Virus record (IMG/VR): IMGVR_UViG_3300022689_000116
Span: 1 to 64,000 of that record
Source of the DNA: a virus
Reading direction: 5' to 3' (one strand)
DNA length: 64,000 nt
A program made the position numbers and the translations under genes. The notes below the pieces were generated by a model, which saw nothing but the letters and a program-made list of their open reading frames with translations, did no database searches and was not told the DNA's origin. Numbering within the stretch: the stretch's first letter is position 1; each line of letters opens with the position of its first letter. This document shows, in pieces, positions 32,901-41,923 of the stretch.

Positions 32901-33862
32901 TAAGTAAAAATAATATGGTTAAAGATTTAAAAGGTAATGATGTTCCTATTTATGAAGCTTTTGATGAAGAAGGTAAATGGAAGACTGATATATTTGGTGC
33001 TGAAGATCCTAATCTAATTGATAATTTAAAACTTAAAATAGCTGCTACAATATCTAAAGTTCATGGTAACTATAATAGTGAAATGCCAATTAGAGCAAAC
33101 AAAAAAGTTATTACTTCTGCTATGAAACAATTTAGAACTTGGATGTTTGAAGGTGTTGCTGATAGATTTCAACGTGAACAATTTAGTGATGCTTTAAAGA
33201 TTCAATTAAAAGGTCGTTATCGTAGTGGTGTTATGGGTTTTGTACGGGCAAGTGCTAAGAGTAAGACTAATGAACAAGGAGAACGTATTGATGAAAAAGG
33301 TAACATTATAAAAGATTATGAAAGAGGTATTGATCTGAAAGAAATTTTAGATAATCAAGTATTTAGTATAAAACAACTTTTGAGAAAGTTAGTATTTATG
33401 GATACACAGTATGATGAAAGATTTAGTGAAGTTGATGCTGCAAATCTTCGTAAAAATCTTAGTGAATTAGTTATACTTGGACAAGTTTCAGGTCTTATAC
33501 TTTTACTTAGTATGTTAGGTGGAGATGATGATGATGATAAACTTAAATTTTATGTTAAGAATTATACTTTAAATGCTTTGTTTAGAGGTCAAGCTGATAT
33601 TACCTTATATCTTAGTCCCGATTCTTTAGAACAAGTTTCTCAAAGACCTATTCCTGTTATGAGCCTTATTACTGATATGCACAAACTTATTAATGCAAGT
33701 ATTTCTTTAGCTCTGGGTAATGATGAAATAACTAGAGGTATTTATACAGGAGAAAGTAAGTTTAAAAGAGCATTATTTAGAAATCTTCCATTAGTTAGTA
33801 AGGTTCAAAGTAATAAAAGTGCTGCTATACAAGTTTATAACAATATTCAAGGAGCTAAATAA
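29936..33862 (+). CDS. large virion ejection protein
   Basis: 1308 aa, follows the vRNAP; VHGNY and QFRTW motifs and a hydrophobic segment before DDDDD resemble C-termini of large polyvalent/ejection proteins. Confidence 0.65.
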   Translation: MSICTNGISRIRVKAANGKDSILFKNILDHYEGNRDDAIRLYAYANSQEFFDNYGNYKSNPESFSNLDINSEPKITDVLNTVSETDYRLAPKIGKDFSFAFDKDKFTQNTELDDETIKNNRKRSRRIIVKKRAILDDLYKHLTPLKFVDSNDARREEYKINMRISALNGEINRIEEEMDADALVKMANADLKRVSYILSNRNINMSDFFYAKNTLNVWYDVINTFFQESKTSDNTFYGEAKDDSLRFKSLSDVEAEAKRLINAANAKEVFLINQYLKSETGRDVDIKKVFREQQDYSAVHASTMSIDRTDNILFQQVANTNYKIIGRVKEQYQTFEKEIDVLIDKAERELKNIATSSDKYDIFREKYKDGSATGNMIRQFNPEYDDENAIQFSKAIESNSETSFATYYKWFNDNNYILDFRILFQGERDNDGLLFWNETQHTKAEKDKLINDLKELVGEKETQRLLELSEKYLDDYASAREVAIEEINSRADRTTDQKDEDFRRWEVTYSPFYYSNAIVNQKIYTIGNSIANHKGRHSVMAVPRKTNRETGQDTGWFNEDFAKIKNSPAVYEFYLKFIKTNHMLNNLLPYTVSNHLRDNTIPTLRKTMYDHMTEDGMKGVMKDVYQGVINSLTTNDSNELVYADIDPYTGEIEKNLTISFVKQNLKEINKRYTTRLIQFESTNNAKASIEDKRKIKKEVMDSMAKEKSFDLGKILKAYYMSVMFYTAKARIEDLVRVSDSVFQREAEVLRTASGKNKRQGRIGELLRKSPDRSFKNIKDQWDYWVEYFYGHRSDDEHVFATKVLTKEEKEEKTKILELMATIKKDFENGDIEAEEYNLKLTKLETILEELGRNYSSAKIGRTILKYNQLKSMGWNAFSGVTNMTQGYINNFMEANDGRLFTKKNLGVAYKKVFNSVLKNYSFNTIESNEAKKIRSLMDRMDAMSETSNELYQRSFKNRKTGGINWMNPYNIQNRSEYFNQAPLLVATMLSKNNMVKDLKGNDVPIYEAFDEEGKWKTDIFGAEDPNLIDNLKLKIAATISKVHGNYNSEMPIRANKKVITSAMKQFRTWMFEGVADRFQREQFSDALKIQLKGRYRSGVMGFVRASAKSKTNEQGERIDEKGNIIKDYERGIDLKEILDNQVFSIKQLLRKLVFMDTQYDERFSEVDAANLRKNLSELVILGQVSGLILLLSMLGGDDDDDKLKFYVKNYTLNALFRGQADITLYLSPDSLEQVSQRPIPVMSLITDMHKLINASISLALGNDEITRGIYTGESKFKRALFRNLPLVSKVQSNKSAAIQVYNNIQGAK

Positions 33863-34103
33863 ACTATTCATAGTAAAGATAGTGGTAATGATAGTCATAC
33901 AACATATGAGGTCGATTTTAGGCGTTCTGACTAACTATCTTGTTTCATTGGTATTACGTGTTCACTTTATAATTTGGATTGAAATTTGCCTATTCTCTGT
34001 CAACCTGGAGGCAAATTTTAATTCATTCTGAAATACACAAATAGGGGTAAATTATTAATATCTTTATCATTAACTTTACTTCTAACTTTATTTGTAAATG
34101 CAC

Positions 34104-34133
34104 AAAAAAAAGGGGTTAAACACCCCTCTTTTT
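34104..34133. terminator. bidirectional intrinsic terminator between convergent operons
   Basis: A run, AGGGGT-TAAAC-ACCCCT, then CTTTTT. Confidence 0.8.
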
Positions 34134-34136
34134 ATA

Positions 34137-34418
34137 TCAAAGATTTTCATCAATTAGAATATCTCCTACTTTATCCATAGCTTCCAAGAAAGCATTATAG
34201 CTTTCTTTTTTCTTAAATATTAAATTTATAACTGGTTTTTTGTTATGAACATCTTTAAGTTTAAGTTTCGTACCTACTTCTCGTTTATCAACAGCATATA
34301 ATCTAATAGCAGGATACTTATTTCCTTTATTATCAACTAAAACTTGTGTTACAATTCCAACATCACCATCTCCAAATTCAATATCTTTTACATTCTCAAT
34401 AAGATCAATACCAAACAT
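34137..34418 (-). CDS. hypothetical protein
   Basis: 93-aa ORF packed after dUTPase. Confidence 0.75.
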   Translation of the reverse strand: MFGIDLIENVKDIEFGDGDVGIVTQVLVDNKGNKYPAIRLYAVDKREVGTKLKLKDVHNKKPVINLIFKKKESYNAFLEAMDKVGDILIDENL

Positions 34419-34423
34419 AACTA

Positions 34424-34966
34424 TTACTTGTTACCTGTATGACCAAATCCACCTTCACCTCTATCTGTAGAAGTTAAATGATCAAGAGAACTAACTTCTT
34501 CAAACTCAAAAGGAATAACCTTTTCAATTTCTAATTGAGCAATTCTGTCATTATCTCTAATTAAATATTCTTTACTAGAAGTATTAATTAATATAACACC
34601 TACATCTCCACGATAATCTTCATCAATTAGACCTGGAGTATTAAGTACTGTAATACCATGTTTCAAAGCAAGTCCAGAACGAGGTCTTACATTTGCTTTA
34701 TAACCTTTAGGTATTTGCATATGTAAACCTGTAGGAATTAAAACTCTACCACGAGGTTCTATAGAAAGAATTAATTCATCAGTTTCTTCATCAACATGCA
34801 ATGCAGCACCACACATGAATTTATTTTCACATAAATTCAAATTAGCATTGAGATCAACAGCAGCCGCTCCATCACTTCCTTTTACAGGAATTATAGCAAA
34901 TTCATTACTTTTATAAACAAGAACTTTAAGTTCAGATTTATTAGTTAACATATCATTTTCATTCAT
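34424..34966 (-). CDS. dut: trimeric dUTPase
   Basis: Motifs AAVDL, RSGLA, GLIDEDYRG, RIAQL and RGEGGFGHTG. Confidence 0.97.
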   Translation of the reverse strand: MNENDMLTNKSELKVLVYKSNEFAIIPVKGSDGAAAVDLNANLNLCENKFMCGAALHVDEETDELILSIEPRGRVLIPTGLHMQIPKGYKANVRPRSGLALKHGITVLNTPGLIDEDYRGDVGVILINTSSKEYLIRDNDRIAQLEIEKVIPFEFEEVSSLDHLTSTDRGEGGFGHTGNK

Positions 34967-34977
34967 ATTATTAAGAT

Positions 34978-35151
34978 TTAAAATTTATTATCAAAACTAC
35001 CACGATTATAAGCATCAATAACCCCTGCCATTATAGCAAGGGTTCTGATTTCTTTTTGAGAAGTATGAGTATAAGCTAATTCCATCTTATCAGAAAGTTC
35101 TATAACTTTAGTAGCTATTTCACGAGCTTCTTCTAATTTCATAGCACTCAT
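34978..35151 (-). CDS. small hypothetical protein (57 aa, not in ORF track)
   Basis: MSAMKLEEAREIATKV...FDNKF*; its start overlaps the upstream stop and it fills the gap. Confidence 0.65.
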   Translation of the reverse strand: MSAMKLEEAREIATKVIELSDKMELAYTHTSQKEIRTLAIMAGVIDAYNRGSFDNKF

Positions 35152-36200
35152 CACACTAACATTGAAGGTTGTTTAACAATTTGACTAGCTAAATTATAAG
35201 CATTCATAGTATGATTATAAACACTACCATAAAAAACATTCTTCATTTTAGTTTCACTATCTTTATATATTTTAGCATTTTGAAAATAACCACTAACAGA
35301 GTTATAAGCACCCCAAAGAGTACCTTTAGCAACATCATATTTCTGACCCGGTCCATCATAGTAATATTTATTAACATCATTAATAAGATTAATCTTTTTA
35401 CTAGATAGAACATCACCAGCTTTTTCACCACTTTCAATTCTAGCTATTTCTTCCGAAGTTAGAAATACAATATTAACAAATGATCTAATATTGTCATCTG
35501 TCATTTTAATTTTAGACATTTCGTTATACAGAAGTTCAGCTTCAGTAGCCCTCATATTTTCAATCTGTAAAACAGTTTTAGCTTCATCCAAGCGATCATG
35601 TAAAGAAAGAGTGTGACGGATACGAACTTTATTATTAGCTGTACTAAGTGCAAATTGTAATGTATTATTACAAACTACACGTACAGGAGTAAACAATACT
35701 TCAATAGACCTACTACCATCATGAGAATTAGTAAATAGAAGATACCTATCAATTATATCTTTACCACCAACTTTTATAAACTTAGGAAGTTTAGCAGTAA
35801 TAAAAATAGTTTCTCCAAGACCTAATGCTCCAGCAGTTTCAAACATTGCTTCTTTACTTCCAACAATATCATCGAAAAACTTAAATGCTTGATGGTTTTG
35901 AATAATTTCATATTTATTACCAACTTGTCCGAGAGGTTGATTATTATCAGTACGATAAGTAGCAAAACTACCAGGAACTTGTTTCCAAATACTTCTATCA
36001 AAGTTTACAACACGACGATCATTAACTTCAATATGACAAGGTTTCTTATCAACTTCAAAATCAAGATTAGCCATTTTGAGAGCTTCTTTAGAAGTAAGAG
36101 CAGATTCAACTGTTTGACCAAGTTTATGCCAAGCAGGTTTTTGAACACCAAAGTAAGAATATGTACCTTTTTGTTCGTTAAAATTTAAATTGTGAGCCAT
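35151..36200 (-). CDS. DUF932 family phage/plasmid protein
   Basis: PAWHKLG, FETAGAL, LLFTNSHDGS, TPVRVVCNNTL, IRHT and GTLWGAYN motifs. Confidence 0.9.
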   Translation of the reverse strand: MAHNLNFNEQKGTYSYFGVQKPAWHKLGQTVESALTSKEALKMANLDFEVDKKPCHIEVNDRRVVNFDRSIWKQVPGSFATYRTDNNQPLGQVGNKYEIIQNHQAFKFFDDIVGSKEAMFETAGALGLGETIFITAKLPKFIKVGGKDIIDRYLLFTNSHDGSRSIEVLFTPVRVVCNNTLQFALSTANNKVRIRHTLSLHDRLDEAKTVLQIENMRATEAELLYNEMSKIKMTDDNIRSFVNIVFLTSEEIARIESGEKAGDVLSSKKINLINDVNKYYYDGPGQKYDVAKGTLWGAYNSVSGYFQNAKIYKDSETKMKNVFYGSVYNHTMNAYNLASQIVKQPSMLV

Positions 36201-36215
36201 AACTTTATTTATTAT

Positions 36216-36824
36216 TTATTTTATTACAACATAAGGATTATTCTTAAATCTAGCACCTTTAACAGAAGCTAGTGTTAGACTATCAGTTAATCTTTTCTTA
36301 TTAATAATAGATTGAACTTCCGGATTTAATTCTTTGATTCTACCTATATAATCACTACTAATTACTTTAGATATTCTTTTTATAAGCTCTTTATAAGTAG
36401 ATTCATTACCAGGAAGTTTAATAGTAACATACATATAGTCAGGATTGTCAAAATCATCATCAACTTCCACAATATCCTTATTTACACTATATGTTTTAAG
36501 AGTATCAAAGTCAAGCTTTTTATTACCAGACTTACCTTCACAACCAAATTCAAGAGTAGCTTCAAGGATAGTCTTTTTAAGTCTATCTGTAAGATTTTCT
36601 TTGGTTGTCCTTAAACTAGCAAGTCTTTTAGCTTCATCTTTAATGGTTTCAACTTCACCTTTTATAGTGGCTATCTTAGCATAATAAGCTTTAATCTTTT
36701 CTTCAAGATTATCTTCAGCTATTTTAAGACGTTCTTCTAACTCAGGAGTAAGTTCTCCATCAAGTTCTTCAATTTCATCAAATACTTTATAGTATTCTTC
36801 TTTTATTTCAAAAATATTTGCCAT
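36216..36824 (-). CDS. siphovirus Gp157-like protein
   Basis: IEELDGELTPE..LEEKIKAY..IKDEAKRL coiled-coil pattern; C-terminal KGARF. Confidence 0.75.
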   Translation of the reverse strand: MANIFEIKEEYYKVFDEIEELDGELTPELEERLKIAEDNLEEKIKAYYAKIATIKGEVETIKDEAKRLASLRTTKENLTDRLKKTILEATLEFGCEGKSGNKKLDFDTLKTYSVNKDIVEVDDDFDNPDYMYVTIKLPGNESTYKELIKRISKVISSDYIGRIKELNPEVQSIINKKRLTDSLTLASVKGARFKNNPYVVIK

Positions 36825-36828
36825 AATT

Positions 36829-37461
36829 TTAAATAATTTTTTCATTAACAATTATAAATTTTAAATATTCACCTACTTTAGCAGGTGTATCGAATACATT
36901 CAAATTAATAACATAATCAAATGTATCTAGAGTTATATCCATAGCTTCACTTTCATGATTATAATCTCTGCTATCCATATTTTCATCAACAAACGATTTC
37001 CCTGTAAAAGCAATGATTATGCCATCCTTACTTTTAACAAAGTCAGCTTCATTTTGAAAACGTATATCAGTAAGTAATAAATTAGTAGATAGAACATTTT
37101 GTTCTTTATTACCAACCCAATAAGTTCTGTATAGTTTATCAATCCACATTTTAGAATTGATTATTCTACCAACATTAGTACCAAAAAGCTGCATAAACTG
37201 ACCATAAGTCATAGGTTTAGTATAATCATCTTGTAATCTAAATGGAATTAACTTATTTTTAACCTCCCGATCTTCAAGTTCTTCACGAGTAATACCAAAC
37301 ATATAACTAGTAATCTGTTTAATAGGGTCAGCGAAAGCATCAACTTTCCAATTTTTATAAGCAGGTCTGGCATATCTATTGATATTGTGCATAAAAGCAT
37401 TAACAGCAGTAGATTTGCCTGTACCAATTTTACCTGCAAATCCAATTAATTTATTTGTCAT
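36829..37461 (-). CDS. deoxynucleoside monophosphate kinase
   Basis: IGFAGKIGTGKST P-loop, FADPIK, QLFGT and TDIRFQNE. Confidence 0.9.
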   Translation of the reverse strand: MTNKLIGFAGKIGTGKSTAVNAFMHNINRYARPAYKNWKVDAFADPIKQITSYMFGITREELEDREVKNKLIPFRLQDDYTKPMTYGQFMQLFGTNVGRIINSKMWIDKLYRTYWVGNKEQNVLSTNLLLTDIRFQNEADFVKSKDGIIIAFTGKSFVDENMDSRDYNHESEAMDITLDTFDYVINLNVFDTPAKVGEYLKFIIVNEKII

Positions 37462-37466
37462 GTTTA

Positions 37467-37748
37467 CTAAAATTGAGGATAATTAATTTTATCATATTCA
37501 TATACGACTTTACCAGATGATTTAAAATCATTATTTTTAAGTCGTTTAGCAGGATATACACCATTAGAAATAAGTACATCAGTAATAAGTCCCGATGTAT
37601 CAATATATCTAAGTACAGGATCTTTAATTTGATCCTTTATAGAATCACGAAGTTCGTTCCAATGCAGAACACTCTGTGCAGTACTCATAATAGCTTTAGC
37701 TTCTTCGAGCTGTTCAATAACAGTATCATTTTTAATAACATTTTTCAT
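37467..37748 (-). CDS. hypothetical protein
   Basis: 93-aa packed ORF. Confidence 0.7.
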   Translation of the reverse strand: MKNVIKNDTVIEQLEEAKAIMSTAQSVLHWNELRDSIKDQIKDPVLRYIDTSGLITDVLISNGVYPAKRLKNNDFKSSGKVVYEYDKINYPQF

Positions 37749-37756
37749 ATCTTTGA

Positions 37757-38170
37757 TTATTTTACACGTTTATAAATCATTTTTTCTGCATCAGCTAAAT
37801 ACCAATTAGAACTCATACAAAGATCAAGTTTGAAATCTAAAGCTCCACTTAGATCATTAACAGTAATATCTATATGCGACATTGAACTTGATAGCATTAA
37901 TATTATATCTACCATTTCAAATAAAACATCATTTCTAGCTTTATCAACAGTATCCACAAAATGATCATAGGTTTCTTTACTTATCATATCAGGACTAGTT
38001 TTTAATTGAATAAGCTTATCTTTAGCTATTAAATATTTTTTAATAGATTCTAACAATTCATCAATTTCTTCTCTCTTAATATGTTCAATAGGAGCAGTAA
38101 TTTGCTGATCAAGAGTACGTTCTTTAAATGCACTTAAAGTCCATTTTTTAATAACATCAAAATTATTCAT
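37757..38170 (-). CDS. MazG-like/DUF550 dNTP pyrophosphohydrolase
   Basis: W...F...P.EH.K.EE..E and EMVD acidic motifs, C-terminal K....W. Confidence 0.55.
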   Translation of the reverse strand: MNNFDVIKKWTLSAFKERTLDQQITAPIEHIKREEIDELLESIKKYLIAKDKLIQLKTSPDMISKETYDHFVDTVDKARNDVLFEMVDIILMLSSSMSHIDITVNDLSGALDFKLDLCMSSNWYLADAEKMIYKRVK

Positions 38171-38182
38171 TTGTTTATTGTT

Positions 38183-38767
38183 TTAAATTATTTTTAATCG
38201 TTTTAATTCAAAGTAACATTTAACTGTAGTATTAACATCTACAAGAGCATCATGGGCATCTTTAAAACCTTCTCCAAAAAGTTTAATATGAAGTTCATTT
38301 AGAGTCGGCCATTTAAAACCTCCATAATATTTATTACCAGGAATTCCAACATACTGACCAATCATTTGATGCTTCATGGTACAGAGATGAGGTACTTTAG
38401 CAATTTCATGTTTAATACCAGCTCTAATTGAATTAGAACCTACTATAGAAATATCAAAGTCATAATTATGAGCAATAAGTTTATCACACATACTACCAAC
38501 AATTTGAAATTGTTTTAGAACATAAGCTTCTCTCATACCTTCACTAGCTCTACGCATAGTAACTCTATGAAGTTCTTGAAGCTTTTCGGGAATATCCCAA
38601 CCGTCAGGTTTAACAACTTGCATACGTTCTGCAATCTTTTCACCATACTCATTAGTTATAACATAAGCAAGTTGAACCATTCTAGGATAGTTATCTACAT
38701 CTTTAAGAGGCGCATTATAGTTCTTTGGAAGACCATTTGTTTCAGTATCAAAAAATAATAATTTCAT
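38183..38767 (-). CDS. DEDDh 3'-5' exonuclease (DnaQ-like)
   Basis: FFDTETNG, AHNYDFD and AHDALVD motifs. Confidence 0.93.
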   Translation of the reverse strand: MKLLFFDTETNGLPKNYNAPLKDVDNYPRMVQLAYVITNEYGEKIAERMQVVKPDGWDIPEKLQELHRVTMRRASEGMREAYVLKQFQIVGSMCDKLIAHNYDFDISIVGSNSIRAGIKHEIAKVPHLCTMKHQMIGQYVGIPGNKYYGGFKWPTLNELHIKLFGEGFKDAHDALVDVNTTVKCYFELKRLKII

Positions 38768-38904
38768 TTTCTCTCATGTTTTAAATATTTAACAAATTCT
38801 TTAATAGTTTTAGCATCAAAACAATTACATAAATCAATAGTAGTTTGTTCAGATACTCCATATTTTATAAGTTTATCATAAAGATTATTTTTATTTTCAT
38901 TCAT
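38764..38904 (-). CDS. small hypothetical protein (46 aa, not in ORF track)
   Basis: MNENKNNLYDKL...KHERK*; ATGA overlap with the exonuclease start. Confidence 0.6.
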   Translation of the reverse strand: MNENKNNLYDKLIKYGVSEQTTIDLCNCFDAKTIKEFVKYLKHERK

Positions 38905-38907
38905 AAT

Positions 38908-40227
38908 TTAACCTATTATTTCAACAACGTTAGCATGAAAAGGAACTTGTTTAACTCCACTTCTTTCATAGAATTTAACTTTAGCCATCATACCAATATA
39001 ATGATCTTTATTATCAAGATATTCTTTTCTTGATTCATAACTACCTTCAGGATTACAAGTAAATGTTTCATCATTAAGGTCGTTATAGAGTATAAACATA
39101 CCAGTTTCAGGTTCTTTATCTTTAGGAACTACATCCTTAATTTTAAACTCTGCGTCTTTATGTTTTTTGAACTTCATCATAGTCTTAGGTCTACCACCAA
39201 AAGAATAATAAGCTTCGGCATCTCTAATTATAACACCTTCATAACCATATTGAATAAATAAATCTCTAAGTCTTTCAACTTCTTTATCATCATTTACAAC
39301 ATATGTTGTAACTCTTACCAATTCTGACAATAAAACATTATTATCAAAATCTTTATGAAGATTATCTTCAACACTTAACATACGTGGTATAGATTCATTC
39401 TTTCTAGAAAGAAGTACATAACGTTCTCTTTGAATACCATTAACAGCTAAATCAAAACACCAAAATTGAACTTGTTCTGGATTATTAGAAGGTTTACTTG
39501 TAGTACCTTTAGCATTAACCATAGGTATAGAAGCTTTAATATAACTGAGATGTTTATTGGGAATGTATAATTCTCCATCATAAATTATATCATATTCTTC
39601 AGTTTCTTTATTATAGAAATCTTCATGTTTGAAACACTTTGAAATATGAGGTAATATATAAAGATGACCTTCTTTACTTCTAATAGTAACTTCATTAACA
39701 ACTTCTTTAAACATACCAGTACCTTTTATAACAACCTCTAATTGTATAAAACCACGAATACCATTTATTTTAGGTTGAGCAAAAGCAGGATAGTTAAACT
39801 TACCATATTTAAAAGGCTGTGCTTTCATAGGTTTTAAAAGACCATTGGAATCAGTATTATCATCAGGTAAAGCATCACGAAGGATTTTGTTTAAATGTTC
39901 AAAACAAAAGGTTAGTTTAGTATGATTATAAATTAGATAATCTAGAGAAACAATATTCTCAATTTTAATATCCAAATCATCAAATGATTTATAACCTTTT
40001 ATTCTTTTTAATCTAACATTAGATTTAACATCCTCTGTTAAAGATTTAATACCATTTAGAACTTTCTTAACTCTAACAGTTCCACCAGTACTAAATAAAG
40101 CAACTAAAGTCCCACTATAAACATCATAAGTTTTTTCTACAGCATTTAAGTTACCATAAGACCAGAAACGAATACTTCCATTTACATCTTTTATAAAAAG
40201 AGCATTTTTAATTATTTCGTTCATCAT
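38908..40227 (-). CDS. ATP-dependent DNA ligase
   Basis: QPKINGIR (motif I), YDGELY, FDL, EGVIIR and MKFK; C-terminal OB fold. Confidence 0.92.
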   Translation of the reverse strand: MMNEIIKNALFIKDVNGSIRFWSYGNLNAVEKTYDVYSGTLVALFSTGGTVRVKKVLNGIKSLTEDVKSNVRLKRIKGYKSFDDLDIKIENIVSLDYLIYNHTKLTFCFEHLNKILRDALPDDNTDSNGLLKPMKAQPFKYGKFNYPAFAQPKINGIRGFIQLEVVIKGTGMFKEVVNEVTIRSKEGHLYILPHISKCFKHEDFYNKETEEYDIIYDGELYIPNKHLSYIKASIPMVNAKGTTSKPSNNPEQVQFWCFDLAVNGIQRERYVLLSRKNESIPRMLSVEDNLHKDFDNNVLLSELVRVTTYVVNDDKEVERLRDLFIQYGYEGVIIRDAEAYYSFGGRPKTMMKFKKHKDAEFKIKDVVPKDKEPETGMFILYNDLNDETFTCNPEGSYESRKEYLDNKDHYIGMMAKVKFYERSGVKQVPFHANVVEIIG

Positions 40228-40693
40228 TGTACCATTTTAAATTTGACAAATTCTTTAAATATAACGTTCTTACTAATTTTACTACAACTGCATATTTTGG
40301 ATTACCAATTAAAGCAAGTTTATAATAAAAGTAGTCTTTAAGTTCAAACACTTCACGCATCATCATAGCCCTACTGCCATCAGTTCTAATATCATAAGTT
40401 AAATCATGATGATTAAAATTTAATGGTATGAACATAGTTTGATTATTATTAAGTCTAACTAGATCATTATTATCTACCTGATCAGTTTCTCCTAACAAAT
40501 GTACATCTTTTGTACTAAAGTTTATACCACTAGCTTCATATTTATTTTCTAAACTCTTTTCTTTATCGTTATATAGAGCTTCTACCATTTCTTTTTCTAC
40601 AGGGAGAACTACATAAATATAACTATTATTATCAGTATTTAAAGTAGCAACTGGTCTAACTTTAAATGGAGTATCACATCTTTGTATATTCAT
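40208..40693 (-). CDS. hypothetical protein
   Basis: 161-aa packed ORF. Confidence 0.75.
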   Translation of the reverse strand: MNIQRCDTPFKVRPVATLNTDNNSYIYVVLPVEKEMVEALYNDKEKSLENKYEASGINFSTKDVHLLGETDQVDNNDLVRLNNNQTMFIPLNFNHHDLTYDIRTDGSRAMMMREVFELKDYFYYKLALIGNPKYAVVVKLVRTLYLKNLSNLKWYNDERNN

Positions 40694-40704
40694 AAGTTTA
40701 ATTA

Positions 40705-41853
40705 TTAAATTATTATTCTGTTTATATTATTTATAGATACGGAAATTAAATTATCTATTTGATCTTTATTATAAGTATCCGTAAGATCAGTAAAATCTTT
40801 TTCATTATAATCAACAGTTCCAAAACGACCATTGGTAATGAAAAAAGGATAAGTATTAAATTCTTTTCTAAGTCGATTAGACATTCTAATTCCAGTTAGA
40901 TCAAAATCTAAAAGAGTAAACACAGCTTTATGATCTGTATTCTTTATTTTCTTAGTTACAAAACTAGAAAGCCAATCAAATTGTTCTTTATTTAAAGGAG
41001 TACTTTCACTAGATAGAGAAACAATACCTATTTTTGGATTATATTTGTTAGTGTATGAATAAAGAGAAACAACATCTTTTGTAGATTTAGTTATAATAAG
41101 AAAGTCAATAGTTTTCAAATTTACTAAATGGTGAATACCAAATATAAAAGATGCATTTGTTATAAATTTAGGATATGGATTAGGTTTCTTTCTATTTGGA
41201 AAATAAAGCTTGATATTATCAATACCATCACTATCTGTAAGACCATAATAAGCATAACAAGGATCATTATAATTATAATCATATTTGTGTACAGGATTAA
41301 TATGTCTATCTATCCAATAAGTTTTAACCATATAAATATTGAAATATTTAAGATATTTTATAGTAAAATTTTCATCATAAATATACTTGTTCCAGTATTC
41401 TAAATCAAGTTTATTAATTCGTCTATCACTAATTTCAATTATCTTCTTTTCTTTCTTTATTTCTATAAGCCTACTTGAAACCTTTCTTTTCTCTATAGCT
41501 TTAGCTCTACCATCATCATCAATGACACCAAGTTGTATAGCTATATGAGTAAGTATTTCTACAAAATCATATCCATTCTTAACATTCTTATTTAAAACAT
41601 AACCAACTAAATCAAAACAATCTCCCCAAAAATAACCTGCAAAATCTCTCATTCTAAGAATACCAGCACTAGTATATTTAAATCCAACAGTAGCACTATC
41701 TGTATTTCTTAAAGGACTAACCATTAAAATATTATACTTAATACAAGCTATAATATCTCTTTCATCAACCTCTAAATAATGAGAAAATATATCAACCTGA
41801 TCAAGCTTTTCTAAAATATATTGTTTAGTTATATCTCTATTAATTGATTTCAT
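40705..41853 (-). CDS. DNA primase (DnaG/TOPRIM, crAss-like)
   Basis: SPLR, MRDFAG..GDCF, IITKSTKD and LLDFDLTG (DxD) motifs. Confidence 0.85.
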   Translation of the reverse strand: MKSINRDITKQYILEKLDQVDIFSHYLEVDERDIIACIKYNILMVSPLRNTDSATVGFKYTSAGILRMRDFAGYFWGDCFDLVGYVLNKNVKNGYDFVEILTHIAIQLGVIDDDGRAKAIEKRKVSSRLIEIKKEKKIIEISDRRINKLDLEYWNKYIYDENFTIKYLKYFNIYMVKTYWIDRHINPVHKYDYNYNDPCYAYYGLTDSDGIDNIKLYFPNRKKPNPYPKFITNASFIFGIHHLVNLKTIDFLIITKSTKDVVSLYSYTNKYNPKIGIVSLSSESTPLNKEQFDWLSSFVTKKIKNTDHKAVFTLLDFDLTGIRMSNRLRKEFNTYPFFITNGRFGTVDYNEKDFTDLTDTYNKDQIDNLISVSINNINRIII

Positions 41854-41869
41854 GTAATAAATAAGATAT

Positions 41870-41903
41870 AAAAAAAGGGTTACTATAATTAATAACCCTT
41901 TTT
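41870..41903 (-). terminator. intrinsic terminator
   Basis: AAAAAGGGTTA...TAACCCTTTTT inverted repeat. Confidence 0.8.
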
Positions 41904-41923
41904 ATAACATAATTTAAAAATTC

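Noticed and set aside
33819-34031. 70-aa + strand ORF after the last structural gene
   Set aside because: It overlaps the upstream gene, has a non-ATG start and runs through a hairpin; more likely non-coding.
37757-38170. Aminoadenine (Z-base) genome system
   Set aside because: No purZ or datZ in this window; a DUF550-like gene alone is insufficient.
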